Assembly: GCA_963700285.1 (NCBI GenBank)
Contig: CAVOXA010000015.1
Span: 128,001 to 192,000, forward strand
Direction: 5' to 3'
Length of the DNA: 64,000 nt
DNA from: an uncultured Chloroflexia bacterium
GTDB taxonomy: Bacteria; Chloroflexota; Anaerolineae; JAAYZQ01
The notes beneath the pieces are model-generated. The model was not told the origin of the DNA. It made no database searches and was given only the letters and a program-made list of their open reading frames with translations. Numbering within the stretch: position 1 is the first letter of the stretch; each line of letters begins with the position of its first letter. Positions 41,521 to 53,459 of this stretch are shown here, one piece after another. A program made the position numbers and the translations under genes.

Positions 41521-43194
41521 ATGGACCGCGATCAATTCATCAAAACCATGGCTGATGCCAAGTTGTACGACCTGACCCAGGGGTGCAGTATCTTTACGCC
41601 GCCCTGGCCTGGAGAGAAGGCGCTGGAAGTACACTTTTTCAAGCGCGTCACGGGTGCTTATGGCGGTGGGCTGGGTGCCAATGGCCAACTGCTCAATTGG
41701 AGCAACACGGTCGGCACTCACTTGGTGGGCGAAACCGCTTTTCATTCGAAGGGCAGGGCCATGGCGGACATCACCTTGGAAGATGTTTGTGGCCAGGGTG
41801 TTGTCGTAGACATCTCTGACGCGGTATCTGACTACAGTCTGTATACGCCCGAGATGGTCATGGAGCGGGCCACGGTCAAAAAGGGTGACATCCTCATCAT
41901 CAATACAGGCTACCATCGCTACTCTTGGGATCAACCGGATGTCCACAATCCAGAGGCCCAGGGTGGTGTCGAGTCCAAGGAATTCGGCTTCCTCGTGCGC
42001 CATCCGGGCCCCTCGCCTGACTTTTTCAAGTGGGCGCTGGAAATGGAGCTCAAAGTAGTAGGCGTGGATTGTGGGTGTGTTGAACATCCCATGAATACTG
42101 CCATCCGCTACATGCATGCGAACGAGTTCCAAAAGGCCGAAGCGAAACTGGTGCGTGACCATGGCAAGACGTGGGACGAGATGTTCCCTCCCGAGGAGTA
42201 CTATGAGCTGACTCACGTCACCATGCCCAAGGCTCACCTGCTCCTGGCAGAATCGATCGTGGGCGACATCCAAAAGTTGAACAATCAACGGGCCTGGATC
42301 ATGATCCCACCCATTCCCTACATGGAGGTCGAGACCTCGTGGTCCCGTGCTTGTGCCCTCCAGGCACCTGAGGGCATGGACGAAGAAGAATTCTTCCAGG
42401 TCATGGATTCGGCCGAGATGCTGGATCTCACAGTACCCTTTAGCGTCCAGACACCCCAGTGGGCCAACTATGTGCCACTCACCGTCACCTATACCAAGCG
42501 GGTTGGTGGGCAGAACTTTGGTATGGGCCGTAATGGCTCCATTTGCAATGCCAGCATCCACTTGGGCACCCACATGGATGGAGAAAAGCACTTTTGGCCG
42601 GCTGGCCGGACCATTGGCGAGGTCCCCCTGGAGGAATGGGTTGGTCCTGGCGTGATCGCTGATATTTCGCAACTGGTCAGCGACGCTAGTGTGTACACTC
42701 CCGGGATGATCGAAAGCGTGGTCGACGTCCGCGAGGGTGACATCCTCATCATCAAGACCGGCTGGAGCAAGTATGGCTGGTACAGCCCCGATTCGGACGA
42801 GTTCCGCTACATGATCAAGCACCCCGGCCCCTCTCCTGATTTTTCGGAATGGTGCGTGGGCAAAAAGATAAAGTGGCTTGGTGTTGATGCCGTCAGTCAG
42901 GATCATCCAATGAACACCATCCAGCGCGTCTGGCATCCCAAGACTTTTGAAGAGGCCAACCGCAAACTGATTCAAGATTTCGGCAAGGATTGGGACGAGA
43001 TGTTCCCGCTGGACCACTACTACCAGGATACACATCTGAACCTCTTCCCCGAAAAGATCGTCCACGCTGAAAATCTGGGGGGCGACATTGGAACCACGCC
43101 CAGCGGCCGGTACTATATTGGCTGCTACTTGCAGAAAGGGATGGAGATTGCCTCCATGTGGGGGCGCTTTATTGCCTTCAAAGAAAAGGAATAG
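41521..43194 (+). CDS. Tandem two-domain cyclase (kynurenine formamidase-like) protein
   Basis: Two homologous halves (second starts ~42376), each with GDILII.TG, HPGP and GVD....HPMNT; HxGTHxD is intact only in domain 2. Confidence 0.88.
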   Translation: MDRDQFIKTMADAKLYDLTQGCSIFTPPWPGEKALEVHFFKRVTGAYGGGLGANGQLLNWSNTVGTHLVGETAFHSKGRAMADITLEDVCGQGVVVDISDAVSDYSLYTPEMVMERATVKKGDILIINTGYHRYSWDQPDVHNPEAQGGVESKEFGFLVRHPGPSPDFFKWALEMELKVVGVDCGCVEHPMNTAIRYMHANEFQKAEAKLVRDHGKTWDEMFPPEEYYELTHVTMPKAHLLLAESIVGDIQKLNNQRAWIMIPPIPYMEVETSWSRACALQAPEGMDEEEFFQVMDSAEMLDLTVPFSVQTPQWANYVPLTVTYTKRVGGQNFGMGRNGSICNASIHLGTHMDGEKHFWPAGRTIGEVPLEEWVGPGVIADISQLVSDASVYTPGMIESVVDVREGDILIIKTGWSKYGWYSPDSDEFRYMIKHPGPSPDFSEWCVGKKIKWLGVDAVSQDHPMNTIQRVWHPKTFEEANRKLIQDFGKDWDEMFPLDHYYQDTHLNLFPEKIVHAENLGGDIGTTPSGRYYIGCYLQKGMEIASMWGRFIAFKEKE

Positions 43195-43217
43195 AAATTG
43201 GATAGTGGAGGAACTCT

Positions 43218-44096
43218 ATGAAACCGGCTCCTTTCAAATACTATGCACCGGCCACGGTTGAAGAGGCCCTGGCGCGACTGTCCGAACATGGCTGGGATGC
43301 CAAGGTGCTGGCCGGCGGACAGAGTCTGATTCCGATGATGAACTTTCGCCTGGCTCAGCCGGCTGTTCTCGTCGACTTGAACAATATCCCTGAACTGTCT
43401 TACGTCCGCCCTCTCAGAGATGGCGGCTTGCTCGTGGGGGCCATGACCCGCCAGCAGCAGCTAGAACGCGATCCATTGGTCGCCGAGCGAGCACCCATGA
43501 TCCACGCCGCGATGCCAAAAATCGCCTACTCCCAGATCCGCAGTCGAGGTACCATCGGCGGCAGCATTGCCCATGCCGACCCCTCAGCCGAACTGGTGGC
43601 GGCCAGCGTGGCCCTCAAGGGACGCTTTCGGCTCCGTCGAGGGGCCACGGAGCGCTGGGTGCCGGCCAATGAGTTCTTTGTCGGGCTCTTTACGACAGTT
43701 TTGGAACCGGACGAGCTGCTGTTGGAGGTAGCATTGCCACCTATGCCCAAGCGCACTGGATGGTCTTTCCTGGAAGTGGCCCGGCGCCACCACGATTTCG
43801 CTCTGGTGGGGGCTGCTGCCGTCGTGACCCTAGACAGGAAGGGACAATGCGAGGAGACCCGCCTGGTATACTTTAGCGTCGGCGATGGTCCCGTGGAGGC
43901 GCACCAGGCGGCAGACGTACTGAGAGGTCAAGAACCCACTCCGAAGATTATCCAGGTGGCCGCTGAGACTGCTGGTGACGCTGATCTCGATCCCAACAGT
44001 GACATTAACGCCTCGGCCGAATATCGCCGGCACCTGGCCAAGGTTCTGGGCCGGCGCGCTCTCACAGAAGCTTTTGAGCGAGTCAGTCAGGGTTAG
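43218..44096 (+). CDS. Mo-hydroxylase FAD-binding subunit (CoxM-like)
   Basis: MKPAPFKY, LAGGQSLIPMMNFRLA, RGTIGGS..HADP and ASAEYRRHL. Confidence 0.92.
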   Translation: MKPAPFKYYAPATVEEALARLSEHGWDAKVLAGGQSLIPMMNFRLAQPAVLVDLNNIPELSYVRPLRDGGLLVGAMTRQQQLERDPLVAERAPMIHAAMPKIAYSQIRSRGTIGGSIAHADPSAELVAASVALKGRFRLRRGATERWVPANEFFVGLFTTVLEPDELLLEVALPPMPKRTGWSFLEVARRHHDFALVGAAAVVTLDRKGQCEETRLVYFSVGDGPVEAHQAADVLRGQEPTPKIIQVAAETAGDADLDPNSDINASAEYRRHLAKVLGRRALTEAFERVSQG

Positions 44097-44160
44097 ATAT
44101 GGGCCTGACAGGGCGGATGCTGCACATCCGTCGACAAGCGCGTCGGGTTTGGAGGTTAGA

Positions 44161-44638
44161 ATGAGCGATCTGACGACTGTTTCCATTGACGTAAACGGCA
44201 CCTTCTATGAACGCGCGGTCGAGCCACGCCTGTCTGCTCAGCGATTTCCTGCGCCACGAACTGGGTCTGACCGGCACGCATGTCGGTTGCGAGCATGGGG
44301 TATGTGGCGCTTGTACCGTGTTGTTCGATGGTCAACCGGTCCGCTCCTGTTTGATGTTCGCTGTGCAGGCCAATGGCCATCAGGTCACGACTGTCGAAGG
44401 GCTGGGTACCCCGGAAAACTTGCACCCCATTCAGGAGGCATTCCGGGAAAGCCATGGCGCACAATGTGGCTTCTGTACGCCAGGCTTTCTGCTGACCCTG
44501 GTACCCTTTCTGGAGGACAATCCTGATCCCACCGAGCAAGAGATCCGCGAGGCATTAGCCGGGAACCTCTGCCGTTGTACCGGCTACCAGCACATTGTTG
44601 ATGCCGTCCAACTCGCAGCACAAAAGATGAGGGCATGA
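44161..44638 (+). CDS. Mo-hydroxylase [2Fe-2S] subunit (CoxS-like; frameshift ~44233)
   Basis: GCEHGVCGACTV, QCGFCTPG and GNLCRCTGY. Confidence 0.92.
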
Positions 44639-44743
44639 TACGTGATATGCGACGTGTGATGTATTCCAACTATCCATCCTCATGGTTGGTGCGTCCTGTA
44701 CCTCACGAGTCACGCATCGCGGTGCACATATAGGAGTCGAACC

Positions 44744-47086
44744 GTGACGAAAAAGTACGTTGGCCAGCGCATGACCCGAACCGAAGATCCAAAGCTCCTA
44801 ACCGGGCAAGCCCTGTTTGTGGACGATGTCCAAGTGCCTGGGATGTTGCACGCGGCTTTCTTGCGCAGTGACTATGCCCATGCCCGCCTGAAGAGCCTGG
44901 ACGTGGCCGCTGCACGGGAGCGTCCTGGTGTGGTGGCTGTCTTTACTGCTGAGGATATGGGCGCCGCTTGGCGACCCAGTCCTCCTAACGTGTCACCTCC
45001 ACCTGGCATGCCGGGCGTTACCTTTTTTTCACGCACGCCGGTGCCCCTCGTGAAGGACAAGGTCAGGCACGCAGGAGAGGCGCTGGCTTTGGTTATCGCT
45101 GAGAGCCGCTACATTGCTGAGGATGCTGTCGAAGACATTTGGGCCGACCTGGAGCCACTGGGTGCTGTGGTGGACCTGGAAACGGCCCTGGATCCCGGCG
45201 CGACCCTCGTCCACGAAGACTTGGAATCCAACTTGGCCGCCCACCTCATCCAGGAGAAGGGGGACTATGAGGCGGCTCGGAAGCAGGCTGACGTGGTCGT
45301 CAAGCGACGTATCACCATCGACCGCGGTGCGGCTGGGGCCATGGAGAACAGGGGCATCGTTGCCCACTGGGAGCCAAAGAGTGAGCACCTGACGTTGTGG
45401 GATACAACCCAGGCTCCCATCCCCATCCGCAACGGTCTGGCAGCACTGTTTGGCCTGGCGGCACCCCAGGTACGGGTCATCGCTCCCTTTGTCGGCGGTG
45501 GTTTTGGGCCCAAGATCATGTTGTACTATCCCGAGGAAGTCGTCCTCACCTGGGCGACGATGCAATTGGGCAAACCCATCAAGTGGATCGAAGATCGCCG
45601 GGAGAACTTTTTCGCTACCACTCAGGAACGCGGCCAGGTCCACTATGCCGAGATAGCGGTCACCAAAGAAGGGCGCGTATTGGGGATTCGCCATGACTTT
45701 GTTCACGACACGGGTGCCTACAACCCCTATGGCTTGACGATTCCCCTCAATACACAAAGTCATTCCATGGGCGCCTATGACATCGCCAACTACTATTCCG
45801 AGCTCAAGGTTGTCTTTACCAACAAGACAATTGTCACGCCGGTACGCGGAGCTGGACGGCCACAGGGCATCTTTCTGGCGGAGCGATTGATGGACCTTGC
45901 TGCCAAAGAACTGGGTATGGACAGGCTCGAGATCCGGAAAAAGAACCTCATCCCACCTGACGCCTTCCCCTACGAGCACAAGATCATTGACCAGGCATTT
46001 GCTCCGCTGATGTATGACAGCGGGAACTATGCAGCCACGCTGGAAAAAGCAGCCGCCATGATCGGCTACGAAAAGTTCCTGCAAGAGGAGCAACCTCGAC
46101 TCCGGGCCGAGGGTAAGCACGTAGGTCTCGGCATTGTGCCCTTTGTCGAAACGTCGGGCGTTGGGCCCTACGAGGGTGCCCGGGTCACCGTCGAGACCGA
46201 TGGCCGGGTGAGCGTTGCCACGGGGGTTGGTACGCAGGGACAGGGCCACTTTACCTCTTTTGCCCAGATCGTAGGCGACCAACTGGGTGTGAGCCCGCGC
46301 AAGGTGCGCGTGGTGACGGGTGATACGTCCGAATTCCACTGGGGAACAGGTACCTTTGCCTGTCGGGGCGCTGTCGTCGCAGGCAATGCCATCAACGCAG
46401 CGGCGTTGTCAGTCCGGAAAAAGGTCCTTGCCCACGCCAGCAAGGTGCTGGAAACACCCGAGGAGGAGCTAGAGTTGGTGGATGGCCTGGTCCGAGTGGC
46501 TGATCTGCCGCAGCAGTCAATCAGTCTGGGTGAACTGGCAGCGATGGCCAATCCGCTGCGGGGTGCGGTTGAGCCAGGAACCGAGCCTGGCCTGGAGGCT
46601 ACTGACTACTTTGGCCCCCGCTATGGCGCTGTGGCCAACGGCGCCCACGCCCTGATTCTCGAGGTCGATCCAGAGACGATGATGATCGAGATTAAGCGCT
46701 ATGTGACTGTCGAGGATTGTGGTACGATACTGAATCCCCTGATCGTGGACGGCCAGATCCATGGCGGTGTGGCCCTGGGCATAGCCAACTCTTATTACGA
46801 GCAGCTCATCTATGATGACAACGGGCAGCTTCTCAACGCCTCGCTGGCTGATTATCTGATCCCCACGGCTACTGAGATCCCGAGGATCGAGATCGGGCAC
46901 GAGAATACGCCCACGCCGCTCAACCCCATTGGCAACAAAGGTGTTGGTGAAGGCGGCGCTATCCCCGTGCCGTCCGCATTTGCCCAAGCCATTGAGGACG
47001 CACTGGCCGACTATGGCTTGGAAGTGCTTGAGATGCCGTTAAGTCCCAATCGGCTGTTCGAATTGCTCTATCAACGTGATGCGTAA
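44744..47086 (+). CDS. Mo-hydroxylase large molybdopterin subunit (CoxL/XdhA family)
   Basis: VGGGFGPK, TPVRGAGRPQG, QGQGH, GQIHGG and KGVGEGG. Confidence 0.92.
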   Translation: MTKKYVGQRMTRTEDPKLLTGQALFVDDVQVPGMLHAAFLRSDYAHARLKSLDVAAARERPGVVAVFTAEDMGAAWRPSPPNVSPPPGMPGVTFFSRTPVPLVKDKVRHAGEALALVIAESRYIAEDAVEDIWADLEPLGAVVDLETALDPGATLVHEDLESNLAAHLIQEKGDYEAARKQADVVVKRRITIDRGAAGAMENRGIVAHWEPKSEHLTLWDTTQAPIPIRNGLAALFGLAAPQVRVIAPFVGGGFGPKIMLYYPEEVVLTWATMQLGKPIKWIEDRRENFFATTQERGQVHYAEIAVTKEGRVLGIRHDFVHDTGAYNPYGLTIPLNTQSHSMGAYDIANYYSELKVVFTNKTIVTPVRGAGRPQGIFLAERLMDLAAKELGMDRLEIRKKNLIPPDAFPYEHKIIDQAFAPLMYDSGNYAATLEKAAAMIGYEKFLQEEQPRLRAEGKHVGLGIVPFVETSGVGPYEGARVTVETDGRVSVATGVGTQGQGHFTSFAQIVGDQLGVSPRKVRVVTGDTSEFHWGTGTFACRGAVVAGNAINAAALSVRKKVLAHASKVLETPEEELELVDGLVRVADLPQQSISLGELAAMANPLRGAVEPGTEPGLEATDYFGPRYGAVANGAHALILEVDPETMMIEIKRYVTVEDCGTILNPLIVDGQIHGGVALGIANSYYEQLIYDDNGQLLNASLADYLIPTATEIPRIEIGHENTPTPLNPIGNKGVGEGGAIPVPSAFAQAIEDALADYGLEVLEMPLSPNRLFELLYQRDA

Positions 47087-47159
47087 GATGTGAGGCACGT
47101 GGGTGATGGCCGGCTGCCCGCGTGACGTCACACAATTGGACATGGGAGGACAGATTGCT

Positions 47160-47822
47160 ATGAAGCTGGATGGTGAGTATGTCTTTGACGGCCCACGAGA
47201 GGCCGTTTGGGAGTTGGTGCGAGACCCGGAAGTGTTGGTCACCGCGCTGCCCGGTACTCAAAGCCTGGAACAGGTCGGCGAGAACGAGTACGTGGGCAAG
47301 ATGCATGTCCGGATCGGGCCGGTGTCCGGTGTCTTTGATGGCAAGATTGTTGTCTCGGATGAGGTGCCGCCCGAGAGCTATACCTTGGCGGTGGATGGCC
47401 GGGGTGCACCTGGCTTTGCCAATGGAACAGGGCATGTGCAATTGTTCGAGCGGGATGATGGTAAAACCCTCATGCAATACGAGGGCGACATGCAGGTTGG
47501 CGGCCGGCTTGCCAATGTCGGCCAGCGGTTGATCGACTCTGCCAGCAAGAGTATGATCCAGCAAGGGCTGGAATCGCTGAACAATGCCCTGCAGGCTCGC
47601 ATGGTGGCCGAGGCCGAGGGCACGGATGTTGAATACGTGCCGCCCACCGAAGCCGAGTTCGCCGCGGCTGTGGCCAAAGATATGGCTGGCGAGATGATGC
47701 CATCCCCTCGGGTGATAGGTATCATCGTTGCCGCGGTCGTTGCCATCCTCATCGCTATGGTGTGGCTGGGTACCAGAAAGAGGACCGAATGGGAATCACT
47801 GAGTGATGGGCTCACTGAGTGA
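47160..47822 (+). CDS. CoxG-like SRPBCC protein with C-terminal membrane anchor
   Basis: VWELVRDPEVL...LPG, VGGRLANVGQRLID; C-terminal hydrophobic helix. Confidence 0.85.
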   Translation: MKLDGEYVFDGPREAVWELVRDPEVLVTALPGTQSLEQVGENEYVGKMHVRIGPVSGVFDGKIVVSDEVPPESYTLAVDGRGAPGFANGTGHVQLFERDDGKTLMQYEGDMQVGGRLANVGQRLIDSASKSMIQQGLESLNNALQARMVAEAEGTDVEYVPPTEAEFAAAVAKDMAGEMMPSPRVIGIIVAAVVAILIAMVWLGTRKRTEWESLSDGLTE

Positions 47823-48079
47823 AGGCGCAACCAGAGGTGGCGAGGTCACTTTGGCGGATCGCCGCAGCGGACTCGGAAAGGACTGGCGGAACGATAGCAT
47901 AGGTATCGATCGGTTTCGCGCTCAGCCCGCTGCGGGGCTCTGAAAGGGGGAGTGCTTATCGCCAACTGGGTCGTACCGAGGCTGAATCGGAGATGTGATC
48001 TGGCTTGCTATGACGGTTGATGGTAGCCGGCTCGCAAAATCTCTGTTGTCGCGAAATCAGCGTAAATTTCCACGTAAGG

Positions 48080-48108
48080 TTGACAAGCTGCCCATGATTG
48101 TGTACAAT
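48080..48108 (+). promoter_or_regulatory. Promoter of the ABC transporter genes
   Basis: TTGACA, 17 bp, TACAAT. Confidence 0.7.
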
Positions 48109-48216
48109 TGAAAGTGTTTCAGACCAAGGGCGACACTGACTTCAGCAACAGCGAGACTCCGGCAATAGATTTCCGTATCTGTAAGCCGATCCCGAAAGCC
48201 AGACAGAGAGGAGGAC

Positions 48217-49501
48217 ATGGCAATGACTATCAAATTCTTTGGCAAGCAGGGCATTACAGTACTCAGGGTGGTCGTGATCTCTCTGATGTTGGTTGCGGTG
48301 GCGATAGGATTGACCATGTGTTCGCCATCACAGCCGGCTGATGAGGCTCCTGAAGGCGAAAAGGAGAAGGCCACGCTGGCCATTGAGCATTTCAGCATCA
48401 TCGAAGGGACGACCTGGTCTGGAGCCCACGATCGTGCAGGGAAGCGTATCGCTGAGAAATACCCAAACGTGGACTATGTTTACAGAGAGGAAGTGGGACC
48501 TGACGCCGCAGTTCCCTATGCAGAAGAGTTGATCGCTGACGGGGCCAGCGTGGTCGTCGGAAACGCAGAGTTCATGGGGTTGCCCTTGGCGGATATTGCT
48601 GACAAGTACCCCGATGTCTACTTTGTGTCCATCATTGCCAGCGATCTCACGACAAAGAGGAACTTTATCAGGCTGTTTCCCCGGCAATATCAGGCTCTCT
48701 ACCTCGAAGGGCTTATTGCTGGGGCGCTGACCGAGACAGGCAACATAGGGATTGTCTCAGCATTCCCATCTGGGCAGGTTGCCAGGCGGCAGAATGGCTT
48801 CTACCTTGGGGTGCAGGATGCGGCAGAAATGCTTGGCAAGGACATCACCGTGTACGTCAAGTACGTCGGTGACTGGTACCTGCCCGCGGAAGAGCGGGAC
48901 ATTGCCAAGACCTTGGTGAGCCAGTATAACGTCGATGTCTTGACTCAGCAGACCGATTCTGGATCTCCACTGGACGTCGCCCAAGAGGAGGGCATTTGGT
49001 TCATTGGGAAGGACATGGACATCGTCGGCTTTTACGGCTGGTCGGATACTAACACTGTCGCTGTGTCCTTTGACACGCGATGGGAAGTCCTCTACGAGAA
49101 GGTCGTACAAGACTGGCTGGCCGGCGAACAGAATCCGGAAACGGTCCTGTATCTGGGCATGGACGACACAATGACGCTGGCTGACGGTACAGTGGTCCCA
49201 ACCGTCGATATCATGAACGACAACAAGGTAGGTATCGACGCCATAAGCCCAGCCGCACGGCCCATGATTCCGGACGAGATCGTTGATCTCGTCGAGAAAA
49301 GGCGAGATCAGATGCTAAAGGGCGAGTGGGATCCCTTTGAGGAGCACGCGTTTGTGAGCAATGGGACTGGTTTTGCTCTGGAGAACCTGCCGATTCCCGC
49401 CTGCGGGGACTGAGGTCAAGCCAGCCGGTGAGATGCCGACGAGCGAGTGGCTGCTTGCCGAGTTCAACTTTGACCTGGAAGGCATGAAAATCCTGGAGTG
49501 A
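48217..49501 (+). CDS. BMP family ABC substrate-binding lipoprotein (nucleoside/nucleobase type; frameshift ~49400)
   Basis: Signal peptide ending LTMC; WSGAHD, YLEGLIAG, YVGDWY.P..E and VLTQQTDS. Confidence 0.85.
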
Positions 49502-49562
49502 GGCAGCCTTTGGTGTCTCTTTTGCCCTTGCTGGTGTATGATAGTCTCTGCTAGCCAGGCGA

Positions 49563-49612
49563 TATGAGGCTCCCGTCCCCAGGGGGAAACTCCCGGGGCG
49601 GGAGCCTCATGC
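49563..49612. repeat. Strong intergenic hairpin after the BMP gene
   Basis: ATGAGGCTCCCG...CGGGAGCCTCAT inverted repeat without a U-tract. Confidence 0.7.
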
Positions 49613-49791
49613 CTGGCAACAGGTTCTTCTCAAGTCCTTCCGCTAGTATGATTCTTCTTGAACCAAGGTTTCATACCCATGTAGGTCCTTTTTCTCTGAT
49701 CGGCGAGATTCGGACCTGGCTCGGAGTATAGGGTGATCTTGATCGGAAAATCTCAACAAAAGAGACGGGTGTCATAATGCTCCTGGAAGGG

Positions 49792-51327
49792 ATGAAGCAC
49801 GGACGAGACGGTTCTGGAGGCGAGGGGAATCACAAAGAGATTCCCGGGAGTCGTCGCCAATGAGAATATCGATCTCGACATCAGAGCGGGTGAGATCCAC
49901 GCAGTCCTTGGGGAGAATGGCGCCGGCAAGACGACCCTGATGAATGTCCTGTTTGGGTTGCTGCAACCCGACGAAGGCGAGATCTATGTCGCTGGCAAGA
50001 GAGTCAAGTTCCGATCGCCTCTGGATGCCATCGACGCTCGGGATTGGGATGGTCCATCAGCACCGGAAGCTGGTAGCAGCTCATACGGTGATCGAGAACA
50101 TCATCCTCGGTCACCCCAGGGCCGGGAAAATCCTGAATCTAAAACGGGCGGAGCAGGAGGTGGAGGAACTCTGTGAGAGGTATGGGTTCAGCGTAGACCT
50201 CAGGGCAAAGGTCTGGCAGCTTGCCGAAGGCGAGAAGCAGATGGTGGAGATCCTAAAAACCCTCTATCGCGGCGCCAAGATCCTTATCCTGGATGAGCCA
50301 ACATCGGCCCTGACGCCCTACGAAACCGAGATGCTCTTGGCTTCCATCAATGCCATGGCCCAAGATGAGCTAGCCATGATCCCGTTTATCACGCACAAAC
50401 TGCCCATTGTGCTGGCAATCAGCGAAAGGGTAACCGTCCTGAGGCGCGGGAAGGTCACGGCTCGCCTGAAGACGGGGAGCGCAACGGAGCAGAGCCTGGC
50501 CCGGGAGATGGTGGGACGTGAAGTCATTTTCCGGATCGAGCGGACAGAGGTAGAGGCGGGCGATCCCATCCTCCGGGTAAAAGATCTGTCCACCCGCAGC
50601 GACAGGGGTTTTCTGGCCCTAGAAGATGTTTCGTTCTCCATTCGTGAGGGCGAGATCTTTGGGATTGCGGGTGTCTCGGGCAATGGTCAACAGGAGTTGG
50701 CTGAGGTTCTTGCAGGTCTTCGAAAACCGGAGGGGGGCGAGGTCACTCTGGGAGGCAAAGACATCACCCAGTCTTCCAGCCTGGAAAGATGGAGGCTTGG
50801 TGTGGGATACATCCCATCTGAGCGCATCGACTGTGGGTTCCATCGCTGCTTTCTCCCTGGTGGAGAATATCGCGATGAACTATTACTTTGATGGTGACTA
50901 TACCCGGCGAGGTCTTGTAGACTATGGGAGCATACGCAAGCTCACCGAAGAGATTGTCTCTGAGTACAGCGTGGCCACCCCAACCACAGAAACAAAAGCC
51001 AAGAACCTCTCCGGAGGGAATCTCCAGAAGCTTATCCTGGGACGTGTGCTCTCCCGCCGACCTCGCTTGTTGATCGCCAGTCTGCCGACCCAGGGCCTGG
51101 ATGTCGGGGCGACAGAGTTCGTTCGGAATAAGCTCATAGAGGCCAAGATGGAAAAAGCTGGTATTCTGCTGATCTCCGAGGACCTCGATGAGGTCCTGTC
51201 GTTGAGCGATTGGGTGGCTCCGATTTACGAAGGAAAGTTCATGGGCATCATTCCGGGAGAGACGGCCCAACGGGAGAACATCGGGGCTATGATGGCGGGC
51301 TTGCAGTTGAAGGGACAGGAGACATGA
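49792..51327 (+). CDS. ABC transporter ATP-binding protein, two NBDs (frameshifts)
   Basis: [43 protein letters not shown] and ISEDLDE. Confidence 0.9.
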
Positions 51328-51333
51328 GGATCG

Positions 51334-52461
51334 GTGCCTACTGAACTCAAGCTCGAGAAGCGGCTGGCTCTCACCGGCTGGAACGCAGCCGTGATTTCGT
51401 TCTTCGCCATAGTCTTGGCCCTCGTGCTATTTGGCCTGATCTTCATGCTGGCAGGGATCAACCCGTTGATTGCCTATCAGGAGATCTTTTCCTATCGCAT
51501 TTGCCAACGCTTTTGGCCTGCCGCTGACGATCAACCGTTTCATGTTCCTGTTGCTGTGTACCTGTGCATTTATCATCCCTTTCAGAGCCGGGCTCTGGAA
51601 TATCGGGATGACTGGGCAGCTCTACGGTGGTGCATTGGGAGCATTTGCCGTTCTGTTTGCCTTTGGCGCCAGGCAGGCAAATAGCTTCAGCCTTTCCCCC
51701 ACCATCCTCATCCCCCTGATGCTGATCGCGGCAGCCCTGGGCGGTGCAGTGCTTGGAGCGATTGCCGGGTTTCTAAAGGGCAGGTTCGACATCAACGAGA
51801 TCGTGGTGACCATGATGTTGAACTTTATCATGTTCTGGTTGGTGGCATTCATGATCAAAGAAGGGGGCCCTTTCATGAATCCCGGCGGGAGGGGTGAAAG
51901 CTTTGAGTTGCCCCCTTCTGCGTACGCGCCGTTGATCGTGAATATCCCTTTCACGGTCTTTCTCGCACTCGGGCTTGCCGTGTTGTTGTACTTTGTGTTT
52001 GCCAGGACCAAGATCGGGTATCAGATCAAGGCTTACGGTCACAGCCCGGCCGCGGCCAGATACGCTGGAATTAGTTCAATCAGGATACCACTCCTGGTCT
52101 TTGTTCTGGGCGGTGCTCTGGCTGGCCTGGCTGGGTATCACTATTTCGCTGCGGTTCCCGGCGTCTACAAGATCGCCAGAAACTATGGGTTTTTTGGCGA
52201 TCTGGCTTTCTATGGGATCATCTGTGGACTTGATTTCCCTCGGCAACCCGCTGGCAGCGATTCCGGTGGCGCTGCTTTTCGGAGGGCTTGTCCATAGGCG
52301 GCAGGTTCGCTCAAGGGAAACTCAACATGGGCTTTGGCGTGGATTATGCCCTGCTCGGCGTCTTGATGATTACACTCGTCGCCTTTCAATTCTTTTACCG
52401 CTACAAGATTGTGCTGGGTAAAGACAGGGGAGAAGAGGCCGATGTGGGAGTTCATCGCTAG
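51334..52461 (+). CDS. ABC transporter permease (frameshifts)
   Basis: RAGLWNIG..GQ, NEIVVTMMLN and AARYAGI. Confidence 0.85.
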
Positions 52462-53319
52462 AAGTCTGGAAGCCTCAACGATTTTCACCTTTGCCGCTCT
52501 CGGCGAACTCATCGACCAGCGCTCGGGCATTCTGAACGTTGGGATCGAGGGTGTGATGCTTTTTGGCGCCACCCTGGGTTTCATCGCTGCCCAATCCACC
52601 GGCAGCTATTGGGTTGGCTTCCTGGTGGGAATTGCCATCGGAGGCCTGCTCGGCCTTCTCCACGGCTTCTTTTCCATCACGTTGGGGGTCGACCAGGTTG
52701 TCAGCGGGATGGGCATCTGGATCCTCGGCTTTGGCCTGACCACCTACATCGGCAATCCCTTACACCGGCCCTCTGGGGATGCCGAGGATCCCCACCATCT
52801 TGGGTCTTTCCCCCTTCTTCTATCTCGGAATCGCGCTGGTGGTTCGTCACGTGGTTCGTGCTCTCCAAGACGAGCCTGGGGCTGAGGATAAGATCGGTGG
52901 GCGAGAATCCATCGGTTGCGGAAGTCTCTGGTATAAACGTCGCCAGAATCCGCTATCTCTGTGTGACGATCGGCGGAATGCTCATGGGTCTGGCGGGTGC
53001 GATCTATTCTCTGGATTACAACCCGGTCTGGAACTATAACTTTCTCATGGGTTGGGGGTTCATCGCCCTGGCGCTGGTCTTTTTCTCCATGTGGAACCCA
53101 TTCATCCTGCTCGGCGGGTCCTTGCTCTTTGGGACTCTGTGGCAGCTTTCGCTCAATCCGCAGCTTGTACTGCCCGGCTTCATGTCCAGATACCTCTGGA
53201 GGACGGTTCCCTTTGTCACGACCTTCGGGGTTTTGCTGGTCATGTCAACCAAGTGGTTCAGGACCCGGTGGGGCGCAGCAAAACCTGAGGCGCTCGGAAC
53301 TCCCTACGTCAAGCAGTGA
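52442..53319 (+). CDS. ABC transporter permease (frameshifts)
   Basis: AALGE..QRSGILNVGIEG, DQVVSG, GLRIRSVGENP, GWGFIALA and PEALGTPY. Confidence 0.85.
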
Positions 53320-53459
53320 GTGCAGCGTCCCGAAAGTTTTGGCGTTCTTTGCCAAAGACTGATGGGGAGCCACCTGGCGCCAAGGGGCGGTTGGTTTGAC
53401 CGCCCCTCCTACATTGATATAATAATGGTTGTCCAATCTTGTGCTGTAGCGAGGGAGCC

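Noticed and set aside
44744-47086. Aerobic CO dehydrogenase (form I CoxL)
   Set aside because: The active-site loop is PVRGAGR, not AYxCSFR, and the context suggests heterocycle hydroxylation.
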